64,000 nt of DNA from Gammaproteobacteria bacterium (GCA_016716465.1 JADJWH010000001.1:685414-749413), one strand, 5' to 3'. Counted from the stretch's first letter, positions 19,499-33,102 are shown. Translations and numbers: made by a program. The notes: generated by a model not told the origin, from the letters alone.

Positions 19499-20629
19499 AT
19501 GCTGTCACGCGGACTCGTACGCAGCCTGCTCGAAAGCGATCGCGGCGGACAGATATTCCTGCTCATCCTGGCCGCCGTCGCGGTGGCGATCCCGGTGGCC
19601 AACCTGCTGATCCCGGAGGGCTCGCCGCTGCATCTCTCCGCCTACACGGTCACGCTGTTCGGGAAATACCTGTGCTATGCGCTGCTGGCGCTGGCGCTCG
19701 ACCTGATCTGGGGCTATTGCGGCATCCTGAGCCTGGGGCACGGCGCCTTCTTCGCCCTGGGCGGCTACGCCATGGGCATGTACCTGATGCGCCAGATCGG
19801 CGACCGCGGCGTGTACGGCGATCCGGTGCTGCCGGATTTCATGGTGTTCCTCAACTGGCAGGAACTGCCGTGGTACTGGTTCGGCTTCGACCAGTTCTGG
19901 TTCGCGCTGGCCATGATCGTGCTGGTGCCGGGCCTGCTGGCCTTCGTGTTCGGCTGGTTCGCCTTCCGGTCGCGGGTCACCGGCGTCTATCTGTCGATCA
20001 TCACCCAGGCGCTGACCTTCGCGCTGATGCTCGCCTTCTTCCGCAACGACATGGGCTTCGGCGGCAACAACGGCCTGACCGACTTCAAGGACATCCTCGG
20101 CTTCAATCTCCAGTCGGACGCGACCCGCGTGGTCCTGTTCCTGGCCTCGGCGCTGGCGCTCGCGGCCGGTTATCTGGCCTGCCGCTATATCGTGAACTCC
20201 AAGCTTGGGCGCGTGGTGGTGGCGGTGCGCGACGCCGAAAGCCGCGCGCGCTTCATCGGTTACCGGGTCGAGCACTACAAGCTGTGGGTATTCGTGTTCT
20301 CGGCGATACTGGCGGGCATCGCGGGCGCGCTCTACGTGCCGCAGGTCGGCATCATCAACCCGAGCGAATTCTCGCCGCTGAACTCGATCGAACTGGTGGT
20401 GTGGGTCGCCGTTGGCGGGCGCGGCACGCTCTATGGGGCGGTGCTCGGCGCCGTGCTGGTGAATTACGCTAAGACCTGGTTCACCACCGAGTTCCCGGAG
20501 GTGTGGCTGTTCGCGCTCGGCGGCCTGTTCGTGTTGGTGACCATCCTGATGCCGCGCGGGATCGTCGGCCTGTTCGCGAAGCTGCGCGGCGGAAAAGGCG
20601 CGGTGCGCAAGGCGAAGGAGGCGACATGA
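19499..20629 (+). CDS. urtC: Urea ABC transporter permease
   Basis: LivM-type permease: ILSLGHGAFFALGGYAMGMYLM. Confidence 0.85.
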   Translation: MLSRGLVRSLLESDRGGQIFLLILAAVAVAIPVANLLIPEGSPLHLSAYTVTLFGKYLCYALLALALDLIWGYCGILSLGHGAFFALGGYAMGMYLMRQIGDRGVYGDPVLPDFMVFLNWQELPWYWFGFDQFWFALAMIVLVPGLLAFVFGWFAFRSRVTGVYLSIITQALTFALMLAFFRNDMGFGGNNGLTDFKDILGFNLQSDATRVVLFLASALALAAGYLACRYIVNSKLGRVVVAVRDAESRARFIGYRVEHYKLWVFVFSAILAGIAGALYVPQVGIINPSEFSPLNSIELVVWVAVGGRGTLYGAVLGAVLVNYAKTWFTTEFPEVWLFALGGLFVLVTILMPRGIVGLFAKLRGGKGAVRKAKEAT

Positions 20630-21438
20630 GCGTCGGACCCGACGCGATGGACGGCGATGGCATGGCGCACGCCACCCCCGAGGATGCGGTGGATACCAGC
20701 CACGGCCCGATTCTGTACCTGGAGAACGTCTCCGTCAGCTTCGACGGGTTCAAGGCGCTGAACGAGCTGACGCTGTACGTCGACGACGGCGAGCTGCGCT
20801 GTATCATCGGCCCCAACGGCGCCGGCAAGACGACGATGATGGACGTCATCACCGGCAAGACGCGGCCGGATTCGGGTACGGTGTTCTTTGGCCAGACGCT
20901 CGATCTGACCCGGATGTCAGAGCCTGATATCGCGAGCGCCGGCATCGGGCGCAAGTTCCAGAAGCCGACCATCTTCCCCGCCCATACCGTGTTCGAGAAC
21001 CTGGAACTCGCCATGCAGGCCGACAAGCGCGTCTGGGCCTCGCTGTGGGCGCGCCTCTCCGCCGAGCAGCGTGACCGCATCGAGGAGGTGCTGGCGCTGA
21101 TCGGGCTCAAGGACCAGCGCGGCCTGCGCGCCCAGTCGCTGTCGCACGGCCAGAAGCAGTGGCTGGAGATCGGCATGCTGCTGATGCAGAACCCGCGCCT
21201 GCTGCTGGTGGACGAGCCGGTGGCGGGCATGACGCACCAGGAGATGGACCGCACCGCTGAACTGCTGACCGGACTGGCCGGGCGCCACTCGGTGGTCGTG
21301 GTCGAGCACGACATGGACTTCGTGCGCTCCATCGCGCGCAAGGTCACCGTGCTGCACGAAGGCCGCGTGCTCGCCGAGGGCGGCATGGACCAGGTGCAGA
21401 ACGATCCCCGCGTCATCGAAGTCTATCTGGGGGCCTGA
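20626..21438 (+). CDS. urtD: Urea ABC transporter ATP-binding protein
   Basis: GPNGAGKTTMMDVITGKTRPDSG...LSHGQKQWLEIGMLL; ATGA overlap with the urtC stop. Confidence 0.85.
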   Translation: MSVGPDAMDGDGMAHATPEDAVDTSHGPILYLENVSVSFDGFKALNELTLYVDDGELRCIIGPNGAGKTTMMDVITGKTRPDSGTVFFGQTLDLTRMSEPDIASAGIGRKFQKPTIFPAHTVFENLELAMQADKRVWASLWARLSAEQRDRIEEVLALIGLKDQRGLRAQSLSHGQKQWLEIGMLLMQNPRLLLVDEPVAGMTHQEMDRTAELLTGLAGRHSVVVVEHDMDFVRSIARKVTVLHEGRVLAEGGMDQVQNDPRVIEVYLGA

Positions 21439-21439
21439 C

Positions 21440-22138
21440 ATGCTGGAGATACGCGCGCTCAACCAGTTCTACGGTGAGAGCCATACCCTGTGGGACGTCG
21501 ATCTCAGCCTGCCGCAAGGCGGCTGCCTGTGCCTGATGGGGCGCAACGGCGTCGGCAAGACGACCCTGCTGCGCTCCATCATGGGCCTGCAGGCCATCGC
21601 CTCCGGGACCCTCCGTTTCGACGGCCAGGACCTGCATGCACGCGCCGCCGAGGGGCGCGCGCCGCTCGGCATCGGCTACGTCCCGCAGGGACGCGAGATC
21701 TTCCCGCTGCTGACAGTGGAGGAGAACCTGCGCATCGGCCTGCCGGCGCGGCGCGACGGCAACCGGCGCGATATCCCGGAGCGCATCTTCGACCTGTTCC
21801 CGGTGCTGAAGCAGATGCTGAGGCGGCGGGGCGGTGATCTCTCCGGCGGCCAGCAGCAACAGCTTGCGATCGGCCGCGCGCTCGTCCTGGAACCCACGCT
21901 GCTGATCCTGGACGAACCCACGGAAGGTATCCAGCCCAATATCGTGCAGGAGATCGGCGACATCATCCGCCGCCTGAACGAGGAACAGAACCTCAGCATC
22001 CTGCTGGTCGAACAGAAACTCCCGTTCGCGCGCCGCGTGGCGAAGGAGTTCTGCCTGATGGATCGGGGGAGGGTGGTGGCGACAGGGGATATTGGGCAGC
22101 TCAGTGAGGGATTGATCGATCAGTATTTGAAGGTATAG
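21440..22138 (+). CDS. urtE: Urea ABC transporter ATP-binding protein
   Basis: GRNGVGKTTLLRSIMGL...LSGGQQQQLAIGRALV. Confidence 0.85.
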   Translation: MLEIRALNQFYGESHTLWDVDLSLPQGGCLCLMGRNGVGKTTLLRSIMGLQAIASGTLRFDGQDLHARAAEGRAPLGIGYVPQGREIFPLLTVEENLRIGLPARRDGNRRDIPERIFDLFPVLKQMLRRRGGDLSGGQQQQLAIGRALVLEPTLLILDEPTEGIQPNIVQEIGDIIRRLNEEQNLSILLVEQKLPFARRVAKEFCLMDRGRVVATGDIGQLSEGLIDQYLKV

Positions 22139-22227
22139 TCCGTAGGTTGGGCAGAGCAACGCGAAGCCCAACAATTTTCAATCCTAGTCATGTTGGGTTT
22201 CATTCCATTCAATCCAACCTATGGATA

Positions 22228-22713
22228 CTAGCCACGCACTACCAGCCATGCGATAAGTAAAGGTAAACCATACAGTACCGATGCGATGAAATAACCTGAT
22301 ACGGAACCCCTAAATCTACGCGTGGTTATTATCTCTTTCCATTCCTCTTCGGAGTAGAGAGACTCGTGAAACACGGTCAATATTAAGTGGTAAATTCGGT
22401 ACGCAGAATATACTGACAACGCAGACATTGCCACTAATAGCGCTAGACCAAAACCCAACGCTCCATCGATGGCCGAGAAGATCTGGTACCCAATTGCAAA
22501 TAGTATGAAAGGAATAATATTTATTACAATGATCGAGATAAACAAACGTGCTAATAGACGCTGCTGTTCTTTTCGCTCAGGTTCTTGCCACAGGCCCCAT
22601 GGAAATGCTCGAAATGAACTCATGCCCGATAGCAACGCACCATACAAAACTGCGTAAAACACAGAGAAAAGTGTTTGGGCCTCAGTCATCTTTTGTGACA
22701 CTGGGCATAACAA
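22228..22713 (-). CDS. Hypothetical small polytopic membrane protein encoded on a low-GC insert
   Basis: 161 aa with 4 predicted TM helices. The surrounding 22140-22860 is ~42% GC against ~65% elsewhere. Confidence 0.45.
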   Translation of the reverse strand: MLCPVSQKMTEAQTLFSVFYAVLYGALLSGMSSFRAFPWGLWQEPERKEQQRLLARLFISIIVINIIPFILFAIGYQIFSAIDGALGFGLALLVAMSALSVYSAYRIYHLILTVFHESLYSEEEWKEIITTRRFRGSVSGYFIASVLYGLPLLIAWLVVRG

Positions 22714-22855
22714 GAATTCATGATCAAAAATGATATATAAACCGGGCTACACGACGTATAGTATCGCAGCTCCATCAATAATTCGTTGTGTGGCATGGTA
22801 GCGACTGTGAGAAGCGCATCGGCGAAATCCGCTAACACAACAAACATCGAACCAG

Positions 22856-23677
22856 CTATTTATCTCGCAACAGTTCGTTGATCCCCACCTTAGACCGCGT
22901 CTTCTCGTCCACCTGCTTGATGATAACGGCGCAGTACAGGCTGTGGCTGCCGTCCTTGGCGGGCAGGCTGCCGGGGACGACGACGGCGCCGGGCGGCACC
23001 TTGCCGTAGACGACCTCGCCGGTCAGGCGGTTGTAGATCTTGGTGCTCTGGCCGATGTAGACGCCCATCGAGATCACCGCGCCCTCGCCGACGATGACGC
23101 CCTCGACGACTTCGGAGCGCGCGCCGATGAAGCAGTTGTCCTCGATGATGGTCGGGCTGGCCTGCACCGGTTCCAGCACGCCGCCGATGCCGACGCCGCC
23201 GGACAGGTGCACGTTCTTGCCGATCTGGGCGCAGGAGCCGACGGTGGCCCAGGTGTCGACCATGGTGCCGCTGTCGACGTAGGCGCCGATGTTGACGTAA
23301 GAGGGCATCAGCACGACGCCGGAGGCGATGTAGGCGCCCTTGCGCGCGCTCGCCGGCGGCACCACGCGCACGCCGGCGTCACGGAATTCGCGCGGGTTGT
23401 AGGCGGCATACTTGGGCTGCACCTTGTCGTAGTAGTTGGTGAAGCCGCCCTTCATGAAGCTGTTGTCCTCGATGCGGAACGACAGCAGCACGGCCTTCTT
23501 CAGCCACTGGTTGACGACCCATTCGCCGCCCTGCTTCTCGGCGACGCGCAGCTTGCCCTGGTCGAGCAGGTCGATCACCGTGTTGACCGCCTCCTTGACG
23601 TGGGTCTCCACGCTGCGCGGGGTGATGTCGGCGCGGCGCTCGAAGGCTTCATCGATGATGCGTTGCAGGTCGTTCAT
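22856..23677 (-). CDS. dapD: 2,3,4,5-tetrahydropyridine-2,6-dicarboxylate N-succinyltransferase
   Basis: [20 protein letters not shown]...hexapeptide repeats. The longer ORF reaching 23716 reads through the REP element; the GGAGA Shine-Dalgarno sequence supports the ATG at 23677. Confidence 0.9.
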   Translation of the reverse strand: MNDLQRIIDEAFERRADITPRSVETHVKEAVNTVIDLLDQGKLRVAEKQGGEWVVNQWLKKAVLLSFRIEDNSFMKGGFTNYYDKVQPKYAAYNPREFRDAGVRVVPPASARKGAYIASGVVLMPSYVNIGAYVDSGTMVDTWATVGSCAQIGKNVHLSGGVGIGGVLEPVQASPTIIEDNCFIGARSEVVEGVIVGEGAVISMGVYIGQSTKIYNRLTGEVVYGKVPPGAVVVPGSLPAKDGSHSLYCAVIIKQVDEKTRSKVGINELLRDK

Positions 23678-23701
23678 GGTGCATTCTCCGTATCTGCTGA
23701 A

Positions 23702-23727
23702 GGGGACAGATTTCAAAATCTGTCCCC
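23702..23727. repeat. 25-bp REP-like palindrome
   Basis: ggggacagatttcaaaatctgtcccc. Confidence 0.8.
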
Positions 23728-23743
23728 GGGGGTTACCCGGGGG

Positions 23744-24940
23744 TTACGTTCGTTCAATGTAGTTTCGGATCCGCCATGCCGCCTCCATGCAGTCCTCCAG
23801 CGGCGGCACCAGGGCCATGCGCACGCGGCCGCGGCCCGGGTCGATGCCATGGGCGGGGCGCGACAGGTAGCTGCCCGGCAGCACGGTGACATTTTCCGCC
23901 GCGAACAGGCCACGCGCAAATTCCGCGTCATCACCCGGTGTCTGCGGCCACAGATAGAAGCTGGCGGGCGGGCGCTGAACCTCGAGCACCGGCGTGAGGA
24001 TCTCCAGCACGGCGTCGAATTTCGCGCGGTACAGCGCGCGGTTCCGGATCACGTGTTCCTCGTCGCCCCAGGCCTTCAGACTCGCGGCCTGCGTGTGCGG
24101 CGGCATCGCGCTGCCGTGGTAGGTGCGGTAACGATGGAAGGCCTCGATGATCGCGGCGTCGCCGGCGACGAAGCCCGAGCGCAGGCCCGGCACGTTCGAA
24201 CGCTTCGACAGGCTCTGGAAGATGATGCAGCGCTTGTATTCGGTGTTGCCCAGCGCGGCGGCGGCCGCGAGCAGGCCGGGCGGCGGATCGAGTTCATCGT
24301 CGTACAGCTCCGAGTAGCATTCGTCAGCGGCGATGATGAAATCGAAGCGCTCCGCGAGCTCCAGCACCGCGCGCATCCCGTTCAGGCCGATCACCGCGCC
24401 GGAGGGATTGCCGGGCGAACAGAGATAGAGCAACTGGCAGCGTTGCCAGGCCTCGGCCGGGACCGAGGCGAAATCGGGCAGCCAGTGCGTTTCGGCAGTG
24501 GTGTTGATATACCAGGGCTCCGCGCCGGCGAGCAGGGCGGCGCCCTCGTAGATCTGATAGAACGGATTGGGCATCATGACCCGCGGCGAGCGCGCGCGAT
24601 CGACCACCGTCTGCGCGATGGCGAACAACGCCTCGCGCGTGCCGTTCACCGGCAGGATATGGCGCTCCGGGTCGAGGCTCGCGGCGGGCAGGCCGTAGCG
24701 CCGCTGCAGCCAGCGCGCGATCGCCGCGCGCAGCTCCGCCGTCCCGCGCGTCAGCGGATACTGTTCGAGGCCGTGCAGGTGGGTAATGAGTTCCTCGGCG
24801 ATGAAGCCGGGCGGCGGGTGTTTGGGTTCGCCCATGGCCAGGCTGAGCACGGATTTATCCGCTGCCGGCTGTACCCCATGCTTGAGGCGAGCCAGCCGCT
24901 CGAACGGGTAGGGTTGCAATCGGGCGAGATCAGGATTCAT
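23744..24940 (-). CDS. dapC: Succinyldiaminopimelate transaminase (class I aminotransferase)
   Basis: MNPDLARLQPYPFERL...SLSKRSNVPGLRSGF. Confidence 0.85.
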   Translation of the reverse strand: MNPDLARLQPYPFERLARLKHGVQPAADKSVLSLAMGEPKHPPPGFIAEELITHLHGLEQYPLTRGTAELRAAIARWLQRRYGLPAASLDPERHILPVNGTREALFAIAQTVVDRARSPRVMMPNPFYQIYEGAALLAGAEPWYINTTAETHWLPDFASVPAEAWQRCQLLYLCSPGNPSGAVIGLNGMRAVLELAERFDFIIAADECYSELYDDELDPPPGLLAAAAALGNTEYKRCIIFQSLSKRSNVPGLRSGFVAGDAAIIEAFHRYRTYHGSAMPPHTQAASLKAWGDEEHVIRNRALYRAKFDAVLEILTPVLEVQRPPASFYLWPQTPGDDAEFARGLFAAENVTVLPGSYLSRPAHGIDPGRGRVRMALVPPLEDCMEAAWRIRNYIERT

Positions 24941-25021
24941 GTAATTTAATTTATGAAGTTATAGCTGTAACCATATAAAGAAATTAAAATTCAGTCGATT
25001 TATTATGGCCGAGTTAAAAAT

Positions 25022-25095
25022 GGGGACAGATTTAATTTTTGCTCGGGATTCCGCATTTTACACGGGGCACATCTTCAAAAATAAAATCTGTCCCC
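25022..25095. repeat. 74-bp long-loop variant of the REP-like element (the same terminal inverted arms around a ~45-bp core)
   Basis: aaatggggacagatttaatttttg...caaaaataaaatctgtccccattt. Confidence 0.7.
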
Positions 25096-25246
25096 ATTTT
25101 TTGGCCGCCTTCTTTGCATCCCGTCATATTAATAGGCCGAGCACTGGACACTCAAAGCACGAGCCTGCCCGTTGCGGTAAGATGGCGGCCTTTCGGCCCG
25201 GAAGGGCCTGGCTGAATCGAAGTCGCACAGTATAAGACAAGCATCC

Positions 25247-26131
25247 ATGCCATCCAAACCCGTCGTGGCCGCCATGCTGCCGCTTGCCGCCCTGTTGTTC
25301 GGCGCCGCCTTCTGGGGGGTGTCGTGGTTTCCGCTGCGGGAACTCGAGGCGCGCGGCCTGGTCGGGCTGTGGTCCACCCTGATCATCTACGGCACGGCGC
25401 TCGCCATCGGGCTGGTCGTTCTGGCGCTGCGGCGTGAGCGGCCGCGGTGGAGCCTGTGGATACTGTGGCTGCTGCTCTCCAGCGGATGGTGCAACGTGGC
25501 CTTCATCCTCGCCGTGCTCGAGGGCAACGTGGTGCGCGTGTTGCTGTTGTTCTACCTGTCACCGCTGTGGACCGTGCTGCTGGGGTGGCTGATACTGAAG
25601 GAGACGCCGTCGCCGGCGGCGCGGCTGACCCTGGCGGTGGCGATGATCGGCGCCGTGGTGATGCTGTGGGACGCATCGACCGGGGCGCCCTGGCCGCGCA
25701 GCGGCGCCGACTGGCTGGCCATCACCTCCGGCATGGCCTTCGCGCTCAACAACGTGGTCGTGCGCCGGCTGCAGGATGTCCCGCTATGGAGCAAGACCAC
25801 GATTGCCTGGGCGGGGGTGGTCCTGCTCGCGGCCGGCTGGATCGCTCTGGACGGCGTTGCGTTCCCCCCGGTGAGTAGCGGGATCATCGGCGGCGCGATC
25901 GCGCTCGGCGCCTTCGGCATGGCGGCCATGACACTCGCCGTGGTGTACGGCATGACGCATATGCCGGCGCATCGCGCGGCGGTGGTGCTGCTGTTCGAAC
26001 TGGTGGTCGGCGCGGCCTCGGCGCAATGGCTGACGGATGAGATCGTCAAGCCCCAGGAGTGGGCGGGCGGCGCCCTGATCCTGCTCGCCGGCTGGTTCGC
26101 CGCGCGCGCCCAGATGCGAAGTTCTCATTAA
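25247..26131 (+). CDS. DMT-superfamily (EamA-like) transporter
   Basis: 294 aa with 10 predicted TM helices and EamA-like repeats. Confidence 0.7.
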   Translation: MPSKPVVAAMLPLAALLFGAAFWGVSWFPLRELEARGLVGLWSTLIIYGTALAIGLVVLALRRERPRWSLWILWLLLSSGWCNVAFILAVLEGNVVRVLLLFYLSPLWTVLLGWLILKETPSPAARLTLAVAMIGAVVMLWDASTGAPWPRSGADWLAITSGMAFALNNVVVRRLQDVPLWSKTTIAWAGVVLLAAGWIALDGVAFPPVSSGIIGGAIALGAFGMAAMTLAVVYGMTHMPAHRAAVVLLFELVVGAASAQWLTDEIVKPQEWAGGALILLAGWFAARAQMRSSH

Positions 26132-26294
26132 TTATCCCAGTGGAGACATGGGGGTGCGGGAGGAATCGAGAAAGCCCCTGAATTGCCGCGCCGCGGGGGA
26201 TCTGCGGCGGTCGGACTGCGCGTTGTTTCACCGACTGCCCAGCCCATCCCGCGGTCTTGAGCGGGGATTTCCCGCCTGACCCGTGGCCTTGAGC

Positions 26295-26319
26295 GGGGAC
26301 AGATTTGAAATCTGTCCCC
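26295..26319. repeat. 25-bp REP-like palindrome
   Basis: ggggacagatttgaaatctgtcccc, preceded by the short direct repeat g(c/t)gg(t/c)cttgagcgggga. Confidence 0.8.
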
Positions 26320-26358
26320 GGCCTTAGATTGATTGAGGTATCAGGGGCATTCTGGTAA

Positions 26359-28053
<1,695 letters not shown>

Positions 28054-28058
28054 CCGCC

Positions 28059-28892
28059 ATGAAGCTGTGCGGTTTCGAGGCCGGGATCGACCGGCCGATC
28101 TTTCTCATCGCCGGCCCGTGCGTGATCGAGAGCCGGGCGCTGGCGCTCGAGACCGCCCAGGCGCTGAAGGAGCTGACCCAGCGCGTCGGCATCCCGTTCA
28201 TCTACAAATCCTCTTTCGACAAGGCCAACCGCACCTCCAGCAAGAGCTACCGCGGTCCCGGCCTGGAGGAGGGGCTGCGCATCCTGGAAGAGGTGAAGAG
28301 CCGCATCGGGGTGCCCGTGCTGACCGACGTGCACGAGGACACGCCGCTGGACGAGGTCGCCGCCGTGGTCGACGTGCTGCAGACCCCGGCCTTCCTGTGC
28401 CGCCAGACCACCTTCATCCGGAACGTCGCCCGCCAGGGCAAGCCGGTCAACATCAAGAAGGGTCAGTTCCTCGCCCCCTGGGACATGAAGAACGTGGTGG
28501 AGAAGGCGCGCGAGACCGGCAATGAACAGATCCTGGTGTGCGAACGCGGCGTCTCCTTCGGCTACAACACCCTGATCTCCGACATGCGCGGCCTGGCCGT
28601 CATGCGCGAGACCGGCTGCCCGGTCGTGTTCGACGCCACCCATTCGGTGCAGCAGCCGGGCGGGCGGGGCGCCTCCTCGGGCGGCCAGCGCGAGTTCGTG
28701 CCGGTGCTGGCCCGGGCGGCGGTGGCGGCGGGGGTCAGCGGCCTGTTCATGGAGACCCATCCCGATCCCGACCGCGCCCTGAGCGACGGCCCCAACGCCT
28801 GGCCGCTGGGCCGCATGGAGGAACTCCTGCGCACCCTGCGCGACCTGGACGCGGTGGTCAAACGCGCCGGCTTCATCGAAGCCGATTTTTGA
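28059..28892 (+). CDS. kdsA: 2-dehydro-3-deoxyphosphooctonate aldolase (KDO8P synthase)
   Basis: [12 protein letters not shown]...[11 protein letters not shown]. Confidence 0.95.
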   Translation: MKLCGFEAGIDRPIFLIAGPCVIESRALALETAQALKELTQRVGIPFIYKSSFDKANRTSSKSYRGPGLEEGLRILEEVKSRIGVPVLTDVHEDTPLDEVAAVVDVLQTPAFLCRQTTFIRNVARQGKPVNIKKGQFLAPWDMKNVVEKARETGNEQILVCERGVSFGYNTLISDMRGLAVMRETGCPVVFDATHSVQQPGGRGASSGGQREFVPVLARAAVAAGVSGLFMETHPDPDRALSDGPNAWPLGRMEELLRTLRDLDAVVKRAGFIEADF

Positions 28893-28947
28893 AATTCCCC
28901 CGGAAAAGCGTAAACTGTGCGCCGTGAAACCGGCACCATTAAAAAAT

Positions 28948-29071
28948 GGGGACAGATTTATTTTTAACGGAATGCTCTCAAAAAAATGGCAGGAAATGGG
29001 GACAGATTTAATTTTTGACCGGAGACTGTTCACTGAACGGAGGTCATCTCACAAAGATAAAATCTGTCCCC
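28948..29071. repeat. Nested cluster of REP-like elements: a partial left arm with core (28948-28997) plus a complete 74-bp long-loop copy (28998-29071)
   Basis: Two aaatggggacagattta left arms and one aaaatctgtccccatttt right arm. The core is ~60% identical to the 25022 copy. Confidence 0.7.
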
Positions 29072-29124
29072 ATTTTCTTACCCGCCCCCATTTTTATCCA
29101 CTGTTATTACCCAACCTGCTTTGA

Positions 29125-30426
<1,302 letters not shown>

Positions 30427-30435
30427 GAAACGTAC

Positions 30436-30825
30436 TTGGCGACCGGGGCCCTGACCAGAAGACGAGGCGGCGCGGCGCCGCGGTCGGCGCGCAAGGGCCA
30501 GCGTACGCCATTCTATCTGCGCCTGTTCGCGGGAAATCACAGCCGTCTGGTTTCGCGCGCCACCCTCGCGGTACTGCTGTTCCTGCTGGTCGCCCTGCAG
30601 ATCCGCCTGTGGTCTCACGACGGCGGCATCGCCAACATCTGGCGCCTCAATTATGAGATCGCGCACCAGAAACAGGAAAATGAAGGATTGCGCGAGCGTA
30701 ACGAAGGCCTCGAGGCCGAGGTCGCCGATCTCAAGCAGGGGGCGGCGGCCGTGGAGGAGCGCGCGCGCGCCGAACTCGGCATGATCCGCAAGGGCGAGAC
30801 CTTCTTCCAGACCGTGGAACCCTGA
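30436..30825 (+). CDS. ftsB: Cell division protein FtsB (start uncertain; TTG at 30436)
   Basis: TM helix, then coiled coil ...LEAEVADLKQGAAAVEERARAELGMIRKGETFFQ. Confidence 0.6.
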   Translation: MATGALTRRRGGAAPRSARKGQRTPFYLRLFAGNHSRLVSRATLAVLLFLLVALQIRLWSHDGGIANIWRLNYEIAHQKQENEGLRERNEGLEAEVADLKQGAAAVEERARAELGMIRKGETFFQTVEP

Positions 30826-30834
30826 GGGCGCGGC

Positions 30835-31563
30835 ATGACGGGCGCCGCCGCCGATCAGGGCCCGGCCTACTGGGTGGTGATCCCCGCCGCGGGCGCCGGC
30901 AACCGCATGGGCGCCGCCACTCCCAAGCAATATCTCGAGATCGCCGGCCGCACCGTCATCGAACATACCCTGGCGCTGTTTTCCACTCATCCGCTGGTTT
31001 CCGGCATCGTCGTGGCGCTGGCGCCCGGCGATGACGCCTGGGCGCGCCTGGCGCCGAGCGCCACCTGCCCGCTGCACACGGTAACGGGCGGGGCGGACCG
31101 ACACCACTCCGTATTGAACGCCCTGCGCCGCCTCAGCGAGCTGGGACGGCCGCACGACTGGGTGCTGGTGCACGATGCCGCCCGGCCCTGCCTGCGTCGC
31201 TCCGATCTTGACCGCCTGATCGCCATGCTGCAGGAGCATCCGGTCGGCGGGCTGCTCGGCGTGCCGGTCCCCGATACCCTGAAGCGCGTCGACGCGAAGG
31301 GCAACGTGGTCGAGACGCTGACGCGCGACGGCGTGTGGCGCGCGCTGACGCCGCAGATGTTCCGCCTCGATGCGTTGCGGACCGCCCTCGAGGCGGCGGT
31401 CGTCGGTGGACGCCGGGTGACGGACGAGGCAGGCGCGATGGAGCATGCCGGCCATGCCGTGCGCATGGTGGAAGGTCATGCCGACAACATAAAGATCACC
31501 GCGCCGGGGGACCTCGCGCTGGCCGAGGTGTTCCTGCGCCGGCAACGGGAGGAGACCGAATGA
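30835..31563 (+). CDS. ispD: 2-C-methyl-D-erythritol 4-phosphate cytidylyltransferase
   Basis: [21 protein letters not shown]. Confidence 0.9.
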   Translation: MTGAAADQGPAYWVVIPAAGAGNRMGAATPKQYLEIAGRTVIEHTLALFSTHPLVSGIVVALAPGDDAWARLAPSATCPLHTVTGGADRHHSVLNALRRLSELGRPHDWVLVHDAARPCLRRSDLDRLIAMLQEHPVGGLLGVPVPDTLKRVDAKGNVVETLTRDGVWRALTPQMFRLDALRTALEAAVVGGRRVTDEAGAMEHAGHAVRMVEGHADNIKITAPGDLALAEVFLRRQREETE

Positions 31564-32162
31564 TCCGTATCGGCTGCGGCTATGACGCCCACCGTTTCGC
31601 GCCGGACCGTCCGCTGATCATCGGCGGGGTCGAGATCCCGTATGACCTCGGCATGCTCGCGCACTCCGATGGCGACGTGCTGATCCACGCCCTGTGCGAC
31701 GCCCTGCTCGGCGCCGCGGGGCTCGGCGACATCGGCCGCCACTTTCCGGACAGCGCCGCCGAGTACGCCGGCATCGACAGCCGGATCCTGCTGCGGCGCG
31801 TGCTTGAAGAGATCCGCAAGCGCGGCTACGGCATCGTCAACGTCGACGCCACCCTGATCGCGCAGAAGCCCAAGTTCGCGCCCTACATCGAGTCGATGAC
31901 CGCCATCCTCGCCGCCGACCTCGGCATTCCCATCGACGGCGTCAACGTCAAGGCGACCACCACCGAAGGCATGGGCTTCACCGGCCGCGCCGAACGTTGG
32001 TCTGCGCCAGCTTCACCCGGTTCTCGTACGCCTCCCGCGCGATGCGCACGTCTTCGAGGAAATAGGGCAGTTCCTTCAACAGCAGGGCCTGCGGGCCATC
32101 GACCAGGGCCTTGCTCGGCTCGGGGTGGAAGTCGACCAGGATCATGTTGGCACCGGCGATGA
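31560..32162 (+). CDS. ispF: 2-C-methyl-D-erythritol 2,4-cyclodiphosphate synthase with an atypical 55-aa C-terminal tail
   Basis: [13 protein letters not shown]...[19 protein letters not shown] is canonical. Homology ends where the convergent DAHP synthase gene ends. The frame stays open to 32162, antisense to that gene. Confidence 0.7.
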   Translation: MIRIGCGYDAHRFAPDRPLIIGGVEIPYDLGMLAHSDGDVLIHALCDALLGAAGLGDIGRHFPDSAAEYAGIDSRILLRRVLEEIRKRGYGIVNVDATLIAQKPKFAPYIESMTAILAADLGIPIDGVNVKATTTEGMGFTGRAERWSAPASPGSRTPPARCARLRGNRAVPSTAGPAGHRPGPCSARGGSRPGSCWHRR

Positions 32163-33102
32163 CGCCCTGGGCGGTGACATGCAGCATGTCGAGGATGCCG
32201 TCCGGGCAGCGGGCGCGCGAGCCGACCGAGTGCGACGGGTCGATGCACACCGGCATGCGCGTCAGGCGCTTGATGACCGGCACGTGGGCGAAGTCGACGA
32301 AGTTGCGGTGCGGGTCGCCCATGTTGGTCTTCATGCCGCGCAGGCCGAAGATCACCTTGCGATTGCCCTCGCTGGCGAGATATTCCGCCGCATTGAGCGA
32401 TTCCTCCAGCGTGATGCCGAAACCGCGCTTGAGCAGCACCGGGAACTCGTGCTGGCGCCCGGTGAACTTGAGCAGCTCGAAGTTCTGCGTGTTGCGCGTG
32501 CCGATCTGCAGCAGGATGCCGGTCGGATTTCCGGTCTGCTCCAATGCCGCCTTGATCTCCATGATGTGCGCCTCGTGCGTCACCTCCATGGCGATGCACT
32601 TGATGCCGTACTTGCCCGCCAGCTCGAACACATAGGGCAGGCAGTTCTTGCCGTGGCCCTGGAAGGAATACGGGTTGGTGCGCGGCTTGTAGGCGCCCAT
32701 GCGCGTGCACACCTGGCCGTTCTCCTGCAGCGCCTTCATCATGCGCTCGACGTGCTCGGGATTGTCGACGGCGCACAGGCCGGCGAACACGTGCAGGGTA
32801 TCCTGGCCGAAGCGCAGTCCGTTGTATTCAAAGGACGTAGGACGGTTGTCGCCCTTGTGCCGTCCGAGCACGCGGTACTCCTCCGACACGCGCACCACGC
32901 GCTCCACGCAGGGCAGTTCCGCCATCTCCGCCTCGTTGAGCGCGAGGGTGTCGCCGATCAGATAGATCTCGGTCAGGGTCTGCTTGGTGCCGACCTCCTG
33001 ATGGATGCGCGCCTGAATGTTCCGCAGATGTTCCAGATGAGTCATCAGCTGGCGGAATTCGGCGCCGTTGCGGTCGGTGTTGGGGGAGAGGATCAGGATC
33101 AT
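31978..33102 (-). CDS. 3-deoxy-7-phosphoheptulonate synthase (type I-beta with an N-terminal regulatory domain), paralogue 1
   Basis: [14 protein letters not shown]...[15 protein letters not shown]...CIDPSHS. Confidence 0.85.
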   Translation of the reverse strand: MILILSPNTDRNGAEFRQLMTHLEHLRNIQARIHQEVGTKQTLTEIYLIGDTLALNEAEMAELPCVERVVRVSEEYRVLGRHKGDNRPTSFEYNGLRFGQDTLHVFAGLCAVDNPEHVERMMKALQENGQVCTRMGAYKPRTNPYSFQGHGKNCLPYVFELAGKYGIKCIAMEVTHEAHIMEIKAALEQTGNPTGILLQIGTRNTQNFELLKFTGRQHEFPVLLKRGFGITLEESLNAAEYLASEGNRKVIFGLRGMKTNMGDPHRNFVDFAHVPVIKRLTRMPVCIDPSHSVGSRARCPDGILDMLHVTAQGVIAGANMILVDFHPEPSKALVDGPQALLLKELPYFLEDVRIAREAYENRVKLAQTNVRRGR

